DNA of 64,000 bases. Origin: Spirochaetales bacterium. Its GTDB lineage: Bacteria > Spirochaetota > Spirochaetia > JABEVK01. Made by a program: the position numbers and the translations under genes. Shown in pieces: positions 44,654-54,799 of the stretch (position 1 is its first letter; the number at the start of each line of letters is the position of its first letter). The notes beneath the pieces were generated by a model that worked only from the letters and a program-made list of their open reading frames with translations, searched no databases and was not told the DNA's origin. The stretch covers positions 104,654 to 168,653 of the forward strand of contig JBAXAI010000004.1 of assembly GCA_037142615.1 (NCBI GenBank), in the 5' to 3' direction.

Positions 44654-46186
44654 ATGGAAACCATCATTACGGGTATCCTGGCACTCTCTGCGGGTCTTTT
44701 GTTAGGTTGGACGATACGCTGGCTGTACGCCAAATACCAACTTTCTTCTTCGGAGCAGAAAGCTGAACGAGTAAAGCAGGAAGCTATCAAAGATGCTGAG
44801 AACAAGCGCAAGGAAATGTTGCTGGAGACCAAAGACCAGCTACTGCGCGATCGCAACACTCAAGAACGGGACCTCCGGGACCGCCGAGCAGAGTTGCAGA
44901 AGTTCGAAAAGCGTCTTCAGCAGAAAGAAGATAACCTAGAAAAGAAACTGCAGGGTGTGGAAGATCAGATTACGTCGTTTACTCAGAAAGAGCAGCTGCT
45001 TGTAGATCGTAACGGCGAGCTTGACAACCGAGAAGTGTTCATCAAGACGGAAATTGAACGAATCTCGGGACTTACTGCGGAAGAAGCCAAGCGCATGATT
45101 GTCCAGAAGATGGAGAATGACGCCAAACACGACGCCCAGTTCATCATCAACAAGATCGAACAGGAAGCCGTGACCTCGGCCGAAAAACGTGCGCGCGACA
45201 TTTTGGTGACGACATTGCAGCGGGTGGCCACCGAGGTGACTTCCGAAGTGACCGTGACCTCGGTCAGCCTGCCCAACGAGGAAATGAAGGGCCGCATCAT
45301 TGGGCGCGAAGGGCGCAACATTCGTACTCTTGAAACCCTTACCGGCGTGGACGTCATCATCGACGATACACCAGAAGCCGTGGTGATCAGTTGCTTCGAC
45401 CCCATCCGCAAGGTGATTGCCAAGACTTCGCTGGAGCGCCTGATTCAGGATGGACGCATTCACCCGGCACGCATCGAGGAAGTCGTCAATAAGGTCGCCA
45501 AAGAGATCAACCAGATGATCTTCGAAGAAGGCGAGCGGGTTTGCTTTGATCTGGGAATTCACAACCTGACACCAGAACTGGTGAAAGCCTTGGGTCGGTT
45601 GCACTTCCGGACCAGCTACGGTCAGAACGTGTTGGCACATTCCAAGGAAGTGGCCATCCTCGCCGGCATGCTGGCCGCCGAAATCGGCCTCGACCGCGAC
45701 CTGGCCCGCCGCTCGGCGCTACTGCACGACATTGGCAAGGGCATGGAATCGGAAGGCGACGAGAACCACGCTGAACTCGGCGCGGAACTGGCCAAGAAGA
45801 TGGGCGAAGACCCGCGTGTCGTGAACGGCATTGCTGCCCACCACAACGACTTGGAGCCGAGTTGCCCCGAGTCGGTGCTGGTGCAGATCGCTGACGCGAT
45901 TTCGGCCAGTCGTCCCGGTGCCCGCCGTGAAACCCTCGACAATTACATCAAGCGCTTGGAAGGACTGGAGCAGATCGCCAACAGCTTCCCGGGCGTCGAT
46001 AAGACCTACGCCATCCAGGCGGGACGTGAAGTGCGGATTATCGTCAACAACGAAACCGTCAACGACGCCCAAGCCCGCGAGCTGGCCAAGGATATCGCCA
46101 AGAAGATCGAGAACGACCTGCATTACCCGGGGCGAATCAAGGTCACCATCATCCGTGAAACCCGCGTGGTCGAGTATGCCCGTTGA
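44654..46186 (+). CDS. rny: Ribonuclease Y
   Basis: N-terminal TM, coiled coil, KH KGRIIGREGRNIR, HD LLHDIGK, ADAISASRPGAR. Confidence 0.97.
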   Translation: METIITGILALSAGLLLGWTIRWLYAKYQLSSSEQKAERVKQEAIKDAENKRKEMLLETKDQLLRDRNTQERDLRDRRAELQKFEKRLQQKEDNLEKKLQGVEDQITSFTQKEQLLVDRNGELDNREVFIKTEIERISGLTAEEAKRMIVQKMENDAKHDAQFIINKIEQEAVTSAEKRARDILVTTLQRVATEVTSEVTVTSVSLPNEEMKGRIIGREGRNIRTLETLTGVDVIIDDTPEAVVISCFDPIRKVIAKTSLERLIQDGRIHPARIEEVVNKVAKEINQMIFEEGERVCFDLGIHNLTPELVKALGRLHFRTSYGQNVLAHSKEVAILAGMLAAEIGLDRDLARRSALLHDIGKGMESEGDENHAELGAELAKKMGEDPRVVNGIAAHHNDLEPSCPESVLVQIADAISASRPGARRETLDNYIKRLEGLEQIANSFPGVDKTYAIQAGREVRIIVNNETVNDAQARELAKDIAKKIENDLHYPGRIKVTIIRETRVVEYAR

Positions 46187-47001
46187 CGCCTATGCCCGTT
46201 AGTTCGGGAACGGACGACCGACCTTTTGTGGCCCTGATGTTTGGAGACCTGGTTGGGTCTCCGGGCTTCGGGGCCTTTTTGTCGGCATTGCCCGCGTTGG
46301 TGGCAGAACACGGAGCCGATTTCGTGGTCGTCAACGCCGAGAATGCTGCTTCCGACGGTCTGGGTCTGTTGCCCGGGCAGGTCAGTGACCTGCTGGGTGC
46401 CGGGGTGGATGTGATCACGACTGGGAACCACATCTGGGAGAAGAAAGAGATCTTGCCTCTCTTGGCAAGCGAGGCGCGCCTGCTTCGGCCGGACAACTAC
46501 CCATCAGGTTTGCCCGGCACGGGTCTGGCCGTCGTAACAGCACGCTCGGGCGACCGGGTCGCGGTAGTTAATCTGCAAGGCCGGACGCGACTGGCGATCA
46601 TCGATGATCCTTTTCCTCGTGCCAAAGAACTCGTGGCGCGTGCCAAGGCCGAAGCCGCGCTGATCTTTGTCGACTTCCACGCCGAGGCGCCCGACGAAAA
46701 GGAGGCCTTCGGCTTCTGGCTCGACGGACTGGTCACCGCCGTGGTTGGCACCCATACGCACGTGGCGACGGCCGACGAAAGACTGTTACCTGCAGGAACT
46801 GCCTACCTTTCCGACCTCGGGATGTGTGGCCCCGAGGGCTCTGTCATCGGTGGCGACCCTCAGATCAGCCTGGAGCGGTCGCTGACCCTTGTGCCGCTGC
46901 GCTCCGAGATTCTCGAGGCGCCGGGGCGGGTGCGTGGCGTGGTGATCCGGGCAGACCGGAACACTGGCTTGGCGCGGAGCATTGTCCGCTTGGAACGATG
47001 A
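46183..47001 (+). CDS. ymdB: YmdB/TIGR00282 metallophosphoesterase
   Basis: GDLVG, NAEN, TTGNH, DFHAEA, GTHTHV, DLGMCG; follows rny. Confidence 0.92.
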   Translation: MTPMPVSSGTDDRPFVALMFGDLVGSPGFGAFLSALPALVAEHGADFVVVNAENAASDGLGLLPGQVSDLLGAGVDVITTGNHIWEKKEILPLLASEARLLRPDNYPSGLPGTGLAVVTARSGDRVAVVNLQGRTRLAIIDDPFPRAKELVARAKAEAALIFVDFHAEAPDEKEAFGFWLDGLVTAVVGTHTHVATADERLLPAGTAYLSDLGMCGPEGSVIGGDPQISLERSLTLVPLRSEILEAPGRVRGVVIRADRNTGLARSIVRLER

Positions 47002-47720
47002 AGCCTAGGGGCCAAGCCCTGCTCGACCTGCTGGTGCGCTTGTACCCTGAGCAGGAACGGGAGCGGCTTTTTTCGCGAATCCTCTGCGGTGAAGTGCAGG
47101 TGGACGGCAGCACGCTGAAAGATCCAAAAGTCCCGGTTCCCTCCGACGCCGAAGTGGTTCTTTCAGCGCGGAAGTTCGTGAGCCGGGGAGGCTTCAAACT
47201 CGATCCGGTGCTTGAAGCTTGGAACTTGCCGGTTAAGGGGCAGGTGTTTCTCGATGCCGGCTCCTCGACCGGTGGCTTCACCGATGCGCTGTTGCAACGA
47301 GGCGCTTTGCTGGTGCACGCGGTCGACGTTGGAACCGCGCAGTTGGACTGGAAACTCCGCAGTGACGCGCGGGTGCGGGTGCACGAAGGCACCAACGTGA
47401 TGTCCTTGAGTTCGCTCGATCCCCCTCCGGATGCCGCCGTAGCCGATCTTTCGTTCCGTTCACTTCGTGGCGCGGCCCGGAAGATCCTCGAATTGACGAC
47501 CGGTGGCTGGCTCGTCGCTCTGGTGAAGCCGCAATTCGAATGGGTTGGAGCCCCTGCTGACTTTACCGGTATTGTGCCAGAAGAGCAGGTAGCCGCCATC
47601 TTGGCCTCGCTGCAAACAGACCTGGTTGGTGAAGGGGTCTGGGTTCAGGCTTGGCAAGCCTCTTCGCTGCGCGGGCGTAAGGGAAACCAAGAGTACCTCG
47701 CCTGGCTGACGCTGAGTTAG
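46998..47720 (+). CDS. tlyA: TlyA-family rRNA methyltransferase
   Basis: VSRGGFKL, DAGSSTGGFTD, VDVG, LVKPQFE, GRKGNQEY. Confidence 0.93.
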   Translation: MKPRGQALLDLLVRLYPEQERERLFSRILCGEVQVDGSTLKDPKVPVPSDAEVVLSARKFVSRGGFKLDPVLEAWNLPVKGQVFLDAGSSTGGFTDALLQRGALLVHAVDVGTAQLDWKLRSDARVRVHEGTNVMSLSSLDPPPDAAVADLSFRSLRGAARKILELTTGGWLVALVKPQFEWVGAPADFTGIVPEEQVAAILASLQTDLVGEGVWVQAWQASSLRGRKGNQEYLAWLTLS

Positions 47721-48472
47721 GGGAGATTGGCCCGGTTCAGAGGCCGCGCGATCGAAAGGCCTTCTTCGCCCAGGGTATCGCGGTACTGACCCGTGATCAG
47801 AATCTGCACGGAGTCAACGGTGGCAAACTGCGTGGCCGTCCAAACGACCTGCTTCAACTGACCGACCAAGCCCTCATTTCCCAGCGTATTGTGCGCGAAG
47901 TCCTCACTAAAGCTCAGAAGCGCAATCTTGTCGTTGAGGCGTACCGAAAGCAATTTCGTCGTCGAGGGGAGCATAGTCAGCGCGCCCTGTTCCTTTTCCT
48001 GCAGCGTAGGCCCCAGCAGCAGGGCCTTGAGTGTCGCTGTAAGCGGGGTGCTGCCAGCCGGCAGTTCGCGAGCAAACGGCGCTGTTTCCATTCGGCCATC
48101 GGGACCCAAACGCGAGAAATAGAGGTGGTAGGTGTTGGGACCTAGCGTGGTGCCCGGTGGCACCTCCGTCGCACCGGGCGCGATATTCGTCGGTGCGCTA
48201 TTGCCTGCAACCGGGCTGGCCTCGGAACTTTCGGCAGTATTTTCAAGGGCGACCGGCTCGGTGTCGGGAATCACGACAGCTTGAGAATCCACTGGTGCTG
48301 GGTGGACAACCTGGGGAACCAAGGCGCGCCCCTGCGGATACAGCAGAGTGGTCAGGCCCGTAGAGTCCATCAGCCTCTCAACCGCCTGGGTATTGGCAAA
48401 AAAGACGACCCCGGCCAAAAGAACCAGCGCCAACCAGATTTGGGCCCACAAAGGGAGCCGGAACTTGGGCAT
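47717..48472 (-). CDS. GerMN-domain protein with N-terminal membrane anchor
   Basis: LKALLLGPT..E..G, LKQVVWTATQFATVDSVQILI.G. Confidence 0.85.
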   Translation of the reverse strand: MPKFRLPLWAQIWLALVLLAGVVFFANTQAVERLMDSTGLTTLLYPQGRALVPQVVHPAPVDSQAVVIPDTEPVALENTAESSEASPVAGNSAPTNIAPGATEVPPGTTLGPNTYHLYFSRLGPDGRMETAPFARELPAGSTPLTATLKALLLGPTLQEKEQGALTMLPSTTKLLSVRLNDKIALLSFSEDFAHNTLGNEGLVGQLKQVVWTATQFATVDSVQILITGQYRDTLGEEGLSIARPLNRANLP

Positions 48473-48479
48473 GGTAAGC

Positions 48480-48545
48480 AGTGTATGCGTCCTCCGGGCG
48501 CGCTGACAATCCCCCTTTGACCCCGGACGCTGACACCGGTATACT
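48480..48545. promoter_or_regulatory. Back-to-back leaderless-type promoters of ptsI (+) and GerMN gene (-)
   Basis: Plus strand TTGACC-17-TATACT-6nt-ATG; minus strand TTGTCA-18-TACACT-7nt-ATG. Confidence 0.6.
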
Positions 48546-48551
48546 GCTCCC

Positions 48552-50285
48552 ATGAAAGAGTTTCGGGGGATTGCCGCCTCGCCGGGCATCGCCATCGGTC
48601 CCGTGCACCTGCACAACGACGACGACCTCACGATTCCCGAAGTGCTGGTGGCGCAAGAAAATCTCACCGCCGAAATGCAACGCTACCGCGAGGCTGTCCA
48701 AAGGGCCGTTGCTGAGTTGGAACGCCTTCGTTCCCGCAATGGTGGCGGCGTCGATCCCGCTCTGCTCGATTCCCACGTTCTGATGTTGCAGGACCCCGAC
48801 ATGGAGTCCCGAATCGAGAACAAAGTCCTCCAAACCCGCAAAAATGTCGAATGGGCCCTTCAGGAAGTTGCCGAAGAGCTCATGGCGAAGCTCTCGATGC
48901 TGACCGATGCCTACTTCAAAGACCGTGTGCTTGATATCCGCGACATCTCGCGTCGTATTTTGGGCCAATTGCTCGACAAGGGCGCTCGGGCGACGCTCGA
49001 AAACCTCAACACCGCCGTCAACATCGTAACGCCCTCGCTCTTGCCTTCCGACGCGATTGCGATGCGTCGCCAGTACGTGCTCGGTCTTGCCATGGACCAG
49101 GGCGGAAGCACCAACCACACCGCCATCTTGGCCCGCTCTTTTGGCATCCCTGCCGTGCTCGGCCTGGGGAAGGTGAGCCGCGAGGTCCACAGCGGCGAAC
49201 TCATGATCGTCGATGGGAGCGAAGGCGTCGTTATTCTCGATCCAAGTCCCGAGGTGCTGGCTCACTACGAGCAGCGCAAGGTTGAGTTTGACGAGGCGGC
49301 CCGGGTTCTTTCGCAGACTTCGACCGACGAACCTGCCGAAACGACCGATGGTCAGCGCCATGGATTGTTGGCCAACATCGAAATCCCCGAGGAAGTCGAG
49401 ATCGTTTTGGCAAACGGTGCCGATGGCGTGGGCCTGTACCGTTCTGAGTTCCTGTTCATCCAGCACGGGGTCGAAGTCAGCGAGGACATCCAGACCGAAG
49501 CCTACAGTCGAGTACTCATAGGCATGGGCGACCGACCAGTCACCATCCGCACCATCGACTTGGGCGGCGACAAACTGGTGCCTGGCTTCTTTTCGGTTCA
49601 GGAAGAAAACCCGCTGCTCGGTTGGCGTGCCATCCGCTTCAGCTTGAGCCTGCGCAACGTCTTCTTGACGCAGTTGAGGGCTTTGTTGCGGGCCTCGGTC
49701 CATGGTGACCTTCGCATCATGTTCCCCATGATTTCGGGCGTGGAAGAGCTGGAAGAGGCCCTTTCGTGCTTGGAACAGGCCAAGGGCCAACTGCGCGACG
49801 CCGGGGTCGCTTTTTCCGAGGACATTCCCGTCGGGACGATGATCGAAGTGCCTTCGGCGGCCATGATCAGCGACCATCTGGCCAAGATGGTTGACTTCTT
49901 TTCGCTGGGTACCAACGACCTGATCCAGTACAGCTTGGCGGTGGACCGGGGCAACGAACGCATCAACCACCTGTACCAGCCCTTCCATCCCGGTGTGCTT
50001 CGCCTGATCCGTTTGGTGATCCAGAATGCCCACGCTGCCGGAATTCCGGTGGCCATGTGCGGTGAAATGGCCGGTGATCCCCGGATGGCCCTGTTGCTGG
50101 TGGGCTTGGGGCTCGACGAGTTCAGCATGAACGCTCTGGGTTTGCCCGCAGTCAAGCAGGTGATCCGGTCGGTGTCGGCCAACGAAGCCAGGCACCTGGT
50201 CGACCAGATTTTGCCGATGTCCCGCAGTTCTGAAATTGAAGAAATGATCTCAGCTTACGCCAAGGGAAGGTTTTCCACCAATTGA
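48552..50285 (+). CDS. ptsI: PTS enzyme I (PEP-protein phosphotransferase)
   Basis: GGSTNHTAILARS, GVGLYRSEF, ENPLLGWRAIR, GTNDLIQY, MCGEMAGD. Confidence 0.96.
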   Translation: MKEFRGIAASPGIAIGPVHLHNDDDLTIPEVLVAQENLTAEMQRYREAVQRAVAELERLRSRNGGGVDPALLDSHVLMLQDPDMESRIENKVLQTRKNVEWALQEVAEELMAKLSMLTDAYFKDRVLDIRDISRRILGQLLDKGARATLENLNTAVNIVTPSLLPSDAIAMRRQYVLGLAMDQGGSTNHTAILARSFGIPAVLGLGKVSREVHSGELMIVDGSEGVVILDPSPEVLAHYEQRKVEFDEAARVLSQTSTDEPAETTDGQRHGLLANIEIPEEVEIVLANGADGVGLYRSEFLFIQHGVEVSEDIQTEAYSRVLIGMGDRPVTIRTIDLGGDKLVPGFFSVQEENPLLGWRAIRFSLSLRNVFLTQLRALLRASVHGDLRIMFPMISGVEELEEALSCLEQAKGQLRDAGVAFSEDIPVGTMIEVPSAAMISDHLAKMVDFFSLGTNDLIQYSLAVDRGNERINHLYQPFHPGVLRLIRLVIQNAHAAGIPVAMCGEMAGDPRMALLLVGLGLDEFSMNALGLPAVKQVIRSVSANEARHLVDQILPMSRSSEIEEMISAYAKGRFSTN

Positions 50286-51607
50286 CCAATACCGAGAAAA
50301 TGCCAAAGGTCGCCCTTGTCGGGCGCCCCAATGTCGGGAAATCCACCCTGTTCAACCGGCTGCTGCGCAGTCACAAGGCCATCACCGATCCCACGCCCGG
50401 CGTGACGCGAGACCCCATCGAAACCGAATGGGAACTGAACGGCAAGCCCTGCCTCCTGGTCGACACCGGCGGCTACAAGACCGAGGGCAACGAACTGGAC
50501 CATCAGGTGACAGCCCGCAGCGTCGCCAAGGCGACCGAGGCCGATCTGATCTTGCTGGTGCTCGACATCACCGACCTGACGCCCGAAGACGAGGAGTTCA
50601 TTCGCCTGCTCAGGCCGATGGCTGACCGGCTGATTGTCGTGCTCAACAAGGCCGACACCATCGAAAAGGAAGTTCTGGCCGGCGAGTTCTTTTCGCTGGG
50701 GTTTCGCGACTACCAGTGCGTCAGCGCTGCGCACAACCGCAAGGTCGACGACCTGGAAGAACTCATCGAGAGCCGGCTGACGTTTCACGACGGGGTTGTT
50801 CACCCGCCGGTTCCCGACATCCGCCTGGCCATTCTGGGCAAGCCCAACGCCGGCAAGTCGACGCTGGTGAACCGGCTGACCGGGCAGGACCTATCGCTCG
50901 TGTCGCCCGTCGCCGGCACCACACGCGACCCTGTGGAAGGCCGCTTCGAGTACAAAGGCAGCATGTTCCGCGTGCTCGACACCGCTGGAATCCGCCGCAA
51001 GGGCAAGGTGAGCGAGAACGTCGAGTATTACTCGGTGAACCGGGCCTTCAAGACCATCGAAGACAGCGATGTCGTCATCCTTGTGCTCGACGCCGTGGAG
51101 GGCCTGACCGACCAGGAAAAGAAGATCGCCTACCAGATCGTCAAGGAAGGCCGCGGGGTTATCCTGGCGCTCAACAAATGGGACCTGTTGCCCAAGGTCA
51201 AGAACCAGTTGGAGGCCTACACCGACCGGGTGCGGTTCCTGTTCCCTGTGCTCGACTTTGCGCCCGTGGTGCCGATTTCGGCTCAGGAGGGCACCAACAT
51301 CCCCGAGTTGCTTTCGACGGCTCTCAAAGTGAACCGCCAGCTGCACCAGCGCATCGACACCCACAAGCTCAACGAGATGCTCAAAATCTGGATGGACGAC
51401 ATGCCGACCAACCAAATCAAGGGCGTGGTGTATAAAATCCGGTATCTGACGCAGGTGAGCACGTTGCCGCTCAAGTTTGTGGCGTTTGGCAACCACGGCA
51501 AAGACACCCCGAGCTCGCTCACCGAGTACCTGGTCAACCGCATCCGCAAAGACCTGGGCTTTCCCGACGTGCCCATCGAACTCGAGGTCAAGGGCGGCAA
51601 AGAATGA
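50282..51607 (+). CDS. der: Ribosome biogenesis GTPase Der
   Basis: Two G domains GRPNVGKS and GKPNAGKS, DTAG, NKWD; start TTG 50282 or ATG 50300. Confidence 0.96.
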   Translation: MTNTEKMPKVALVGRPNVGKSTLFNRLLRSHKAITDPTPGVTRDPIETEWELNGKPCLLVDTGGYKTEGNELDHQVTARSVAKATEADLILLVLDITDLTPEDEEFIRLLRPMADRLIVVLNKADTIEKEVLAGEFFSLGFRDYQCVSAAHNRKVDDLEELIESRLTFHDGVVHPPVPDIRLAILGKPNAGKSTLVNRLTGQDLSLVSPVAGTTRDPVEGRFEYKGSMFRVLDTAGIRRKGKVSENVEYYSVNRAFKTIEDSDVVILVLDAVEGLTDQEKKIAYQIVKEGRGVILALNKWDLLPKVKNQLEAYTDRVRFLFPVLDFAPVVPISAQEGTNIPELLSTALKVNRQLHQRIDTHKLNEMLKIWMDDMPTNQIKGVVYKIRYLTQVSTLPLKFVAFGNHGKDTPSSLTEYLVNRIRKDLGFPDVPIELEVKGGKE

Positions 51608-53001
51608 AGAGGGCGGGCGCTCGGGCCTTCGCGCTGGCCGTTGCGCTGCTGGCGGTGTTTCCGCTGGGAGCTTCCGGCTGGGCTGGTGGCCAGGACGAGC
51701 AGGCCGTGCCACCGAGCGCGCAGGCCCGCCAGTCCGAGGCCTCGCTCAGACTCCTGATCAAGACCCCAGTCGAGAAACTCAAGGCCCAGGAACTCACCCT
51801 CGAGCAGGACGGGACACCCGTCAAGCTGAGTCTACGTCTGGCGGTCAAAGGCACCCTCGACGCCCAGCTGTGGGAATACCGCTACGAGCCTGGTCAACCT
51901 TGGGGACCTGGCACCTGGGTGGTGTTTCGCGACGGGCTGGGCCGACTCCGGGAAGTCCGCATCGTGGTGCTGGGCCAAACGGCGGCGACGGACCACCGGG
52001 TAGACAGTACCGGCACCTGGGTCCGTTTGAGCCCGGTCAAGGACGGCCGACGCACGCGCTTGGACCTTTTTTTAGCGGGGCGGTTGGTGACAGGCGGCTG
52101 GGAAGTCACCGGCCAGCTGCAAGACCTTGTTCAGTCCGACGATGACTGGGTTTTTCAGCAGACGGCAAACCAGATTGACTGGGGAGCCCTGTTGCCATTG
52201 GCGCGTACGGAAGACGCCCGCGTCGAAAGCCTTCAGAAGACCCTTCACAAGACGCTGTCGACGATTCCGGTTGTCAAAGCTGGGCTTTGGCTCGAGGCCC
52301 CGCAGAGCCGTGTCGATGGGACCGACGACACCGGCGCTCCCCTTGGCCACTGGGGCTTGGTCCCCGGTCAGGAAGGCGAAGCTCAACGCGGTCTGGGCTC
52401 CTGGGGCGTGGTGCACTGGTTGACGACGGCCGTGCTGCGGGGTTGGAAGGCTCCGGTGCCCGACCTCAAGAGCCTGCTTGTCGGCCGCAGCAACCTTCCC
52501 GGGTACTCGCAGGCGCTGGTTCCGGGCGACCTGACCACCGACCCCGCTTTCAGCCTCGACTGGATCCGCAACTTGGGCCTGGCCGTGTTTCAGGCGCGCT
52601 ACCCCTCGAGGCCCGTATCGGATACCGGTGCCGACTTAACAGAGGTGCCTTATCTGGATAGCCAAGACAAAACCGGCTTTGCCGTTGACGATTTTGCACC
52701 GTTGATGCACCTGCTGGCCACCACCAAACCCGGCAAGGCCTACCTGGCAACCCTCAGTTCGCAGAGTGCCGTGGGCGGTGCGGCCTCCGCGGTCCACTTC
52801 CGGGAACCTTCGGTGGTGCTTCCTTGGGTAGGCAACGACGGCGATGTGAGGGTTTCGATCTATCAGGGCCCACGCGAGCTTACCCGCGAGCAGTGGCTCG
52901 CTACGGCCAAAGCCGAGGCCGGAGCACGGCCCGACCACGTGATTCTAGTCGAGTTGCCCCTGCCGGCGAGTGTTCCGTTGCCGGTGTTGCCACTCCGGTA
53001 G
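51604..53001 (+). CDS. Hypothetical exported protein, translationally coupled to der
   Basis: Signal peptide; ATGA overlap; 465 aa, Trp-rich. Confidence 0.7.
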   Translation: MKRAGARAFALAVALLAVFPLGASGWAGGQDEQAVPPSAQARQSEASLRLLIKTPVEKLKAQELTLEQDGTPVKLSLRLAVKGTLDAQLWEYRYEPGQPWGPGTWVVFRDGLGRLREVRIVVLGQTAATDHRVDSTGTWVRLSPVKDGRRTRLDLFLAGRLVTGGWEVTGQLQDLVQSDDDWVFQQTANQIDWGALLPLARTEDARVESLQKTLHKTLSTIPVVKAGLWLEAPQSRVDGTDDTGAPLGHWGLVPGQEGEAQRGLGSWGVVHWLTTAVLRGWKAPVPDLKSLLVGRSNLPGYSQALVPGDLTTDPAFSLDWIRNLGLAVFQARYPSRPVSDTGADLTEVPYLDSQDKTGFAVDDFAPLMHLLATTKPGKAYLATLSSQSAVGGAASAVHFREPSVVLPWVGNDGDVRVSIYQGPRELTREQWLATAKAEAGARPDHVILVELPLPASVPLPVLPLR

Positions 53002-53007
53002 TCTCGG

Positions 53008-54207
53008 CTAGCTGCCTTGCTGGGCACGAAGTGCGGCGTCCAGACGTCGTAGTCCTTCGCCCAGGATCGTCGTTGGGGTCGCCAGGTTGAACCGCAGATG
53101 GTGGCTTCCTCCCGTTCCGAAAATGCTTCCCGCCGACAGTTTGACCCGGCCCGTGTCTTCCAGGAACTTGGCCAAGTCGCGATCGTCGCCGAACCCCAAA
53201 GCCGCGATCACGGGTGAAAAGTCCACCCATGCCAGATAGGTCGCCTCGAGCGGAACGGCTTTCAGGTTCCAAGTGGCAAGAAACTCCTGCAAGAGTCTGA
53301 AATTGTTCTGGATGACGGTTTTGAGCTCGTCGAGCCACGGTCCGGCTTCCTGATACGCGGCGAGCGCAGCCGTCAGGGAAAGTACGTTGGGCTGCTCGAA
53401 GAAATCCGTCTCGAAGGCGCGTTTCATGCGGGACCGCAGCGCGGGATCGCGGGCGATCACGTGGCTCAGGGGGAGTCCCGCGAGGCTGAAGGTCTTGTTG
53501 GGTCCGGCAAACACAAGCGACCGGCCCGCGAGCTCGGGCAGGTCGGCCACGCTCACCTGCGGTTGGCCGGGGGCAACCAGATCGGCGTGGATCTCATCGC
53601 TCAGAATGAAAAAGTCATACCGGGTGGCCAACGTTGCCAACCGCTCGAGTTCGCTCCGCGTCCACGCACGACCGGTCGGGTTGTGGGGGTTGCTCAACAG
53701 GAGTGCTTTGACGGGCTTCGAATCTTTGGCCGCTTGTGCAAGTGCGCCCTCAAGACCTGCGAAGTCGAATCCCCAACGCAGACCTTCGTGCGCGAGAGGC
53801 ACTTCCAGCCCGACCCGGCCGTTCAAAGCCACCATCTTGAAAAAGGGGTAGTAGACCGGTGGCAGATTCAGGACAACGTCGCCAGGTGCCGTGAAGAGCC
53901 TCATCGCGGTGCTCATGGCCTGCAACACCGAAGGGGCGAGCAGCCACTCGCTCTCGCTGATCGAGCGCTGGTACCGACCGGCGTGCCAGGCCTGTACCGC
54001 GGCAAAGTAGGCCGCAGGCAAGTTGGTATAGCCAAACACCGGATGGGCCACCCGCTCGCTCAGTGCCTTGGCGATCGGCGGTGCAACCGGAAAGTCCATG
54101 TCGGCGACCCAGAGTGGAACCACTTGGGGGATTCCAGGTGAGGTGTTGTCCCACTTCAGCGAGTTCGTTCCGCTGCGGTCCAAAACTGTGTCGAAGTCAT
54201 GAGGCAT
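53008..54207 (-). CDS. MalY/PatB family PLP-dependent C-S lyase/aminotransferase
   Basis: LWVADMDF, NPHNPTG, SDEIHAD, PNKTFSLAG, EATYLAW. Confidence 0.93.
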   Translation of the reverse strand: MPHDFDTVLDRSGTNSLKWDNTSPGIPQVVPLWVADMDFPVAPPIAKALSERVAHPVFGYTNLPAAYFAAVQAWHAGRYQRSISESEWLLAPSVLQAMSTAMRLFTAPGDVVLNLPPVYYPFFKMVALNGRVGLEVPLAHEGLRWGFDFAGLEGALAQAAKDSKPVKALLLSNPHNPTGRAWTRSELERLATLATRYDFFILSDEIHADLVAPGQPQVSVADLPELAGRSLVFAGPNKTFSLAGLPLSHVIARDPALRSRMKRAFETDFFEQPNVLSLTAALAAYQEAGPWLDELKTVIQNNFRLLQEFLATWNLKAVPLEATYLAWVDFSPVIAALGFGDDRDLAKFLEDTGRVKLSAGSIFGTGGSHHLRFNLATPTTILGEGLRRLDAALRAQQGS

Positions 54208-54222
54208 GAAGGGCTCCTTGGT

Positions 54223-54699
54223 TCAAAGTCGGGGAGGGAAGGCGAGCAAAAGAAGGCCTCGCTTGGCGTCGTAACGGGGATCGCGGGAACCCCACGCGAA
54301 GGCCGGCGCGCTGCGCACCAACTGCCACGAGTCGCTGGCAGCCCAAAGTTCCTGCAGTACGGCCATTGCCCGGCGTGACTCGCTTCCCACCAGGGGCAAG
54401 GGGACAACGTACAAACGGTGCAACACTCTGGGTTCGTCGGTGGGGGGCAAACGGAACTCGGCTACCCACAGGCCACCAGGAGTCGCCACCGGTTGTACCC
54501 GTTGACCAGATTCGGAGTCGACCAGTTCGAACAGAGGTGTCAGCTGAAACGCCGGGCCGTTGAGCACGGCGCGAGGGTCTTTGTCGAGCTTTCGCTGCGA
54601 GGCGACGGGGTCGAGTTCTACCCTGACGGTCAGGCTGTCGGCGACTTCGGCAGCCAAAGGGAGTACCAAAAAAACACCGAGGAGGGCCAGCCAGCGCAT
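54223..54699 (-). CDS. Hypothetical exported protein
   Basis: Signal peptide MRWLALLGVFLVLPLAA; preceded by TTGACC-18-TACTCT-6nt-ATG. Confidence 0.65.
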   Translation of the reverse strand: MRWLALLGVFLVLPLAAEVADSLTVRVELDPVASQRKLDKDPRAVLNGPAFQLTPLFELVDSESGQRVQPVATPGGLWVAEFRLPPTDEPRVLHRLYVVPLPLVGSESRRAMAVLQELWAASDSWQLVRSAPAFAWGSRDPRYDAKRGLLLLAFPPRL

Positions 54700-54799
54700 G
54701 GGTCCAGAGTAGTCTTCTCTCCCTCAGGGGGTCAATGCTCCTTTTCTGGCCTTTCGTGAGCAACAAAGTGTCCTATAATAAGGGCGAGGAGATTCTTCC

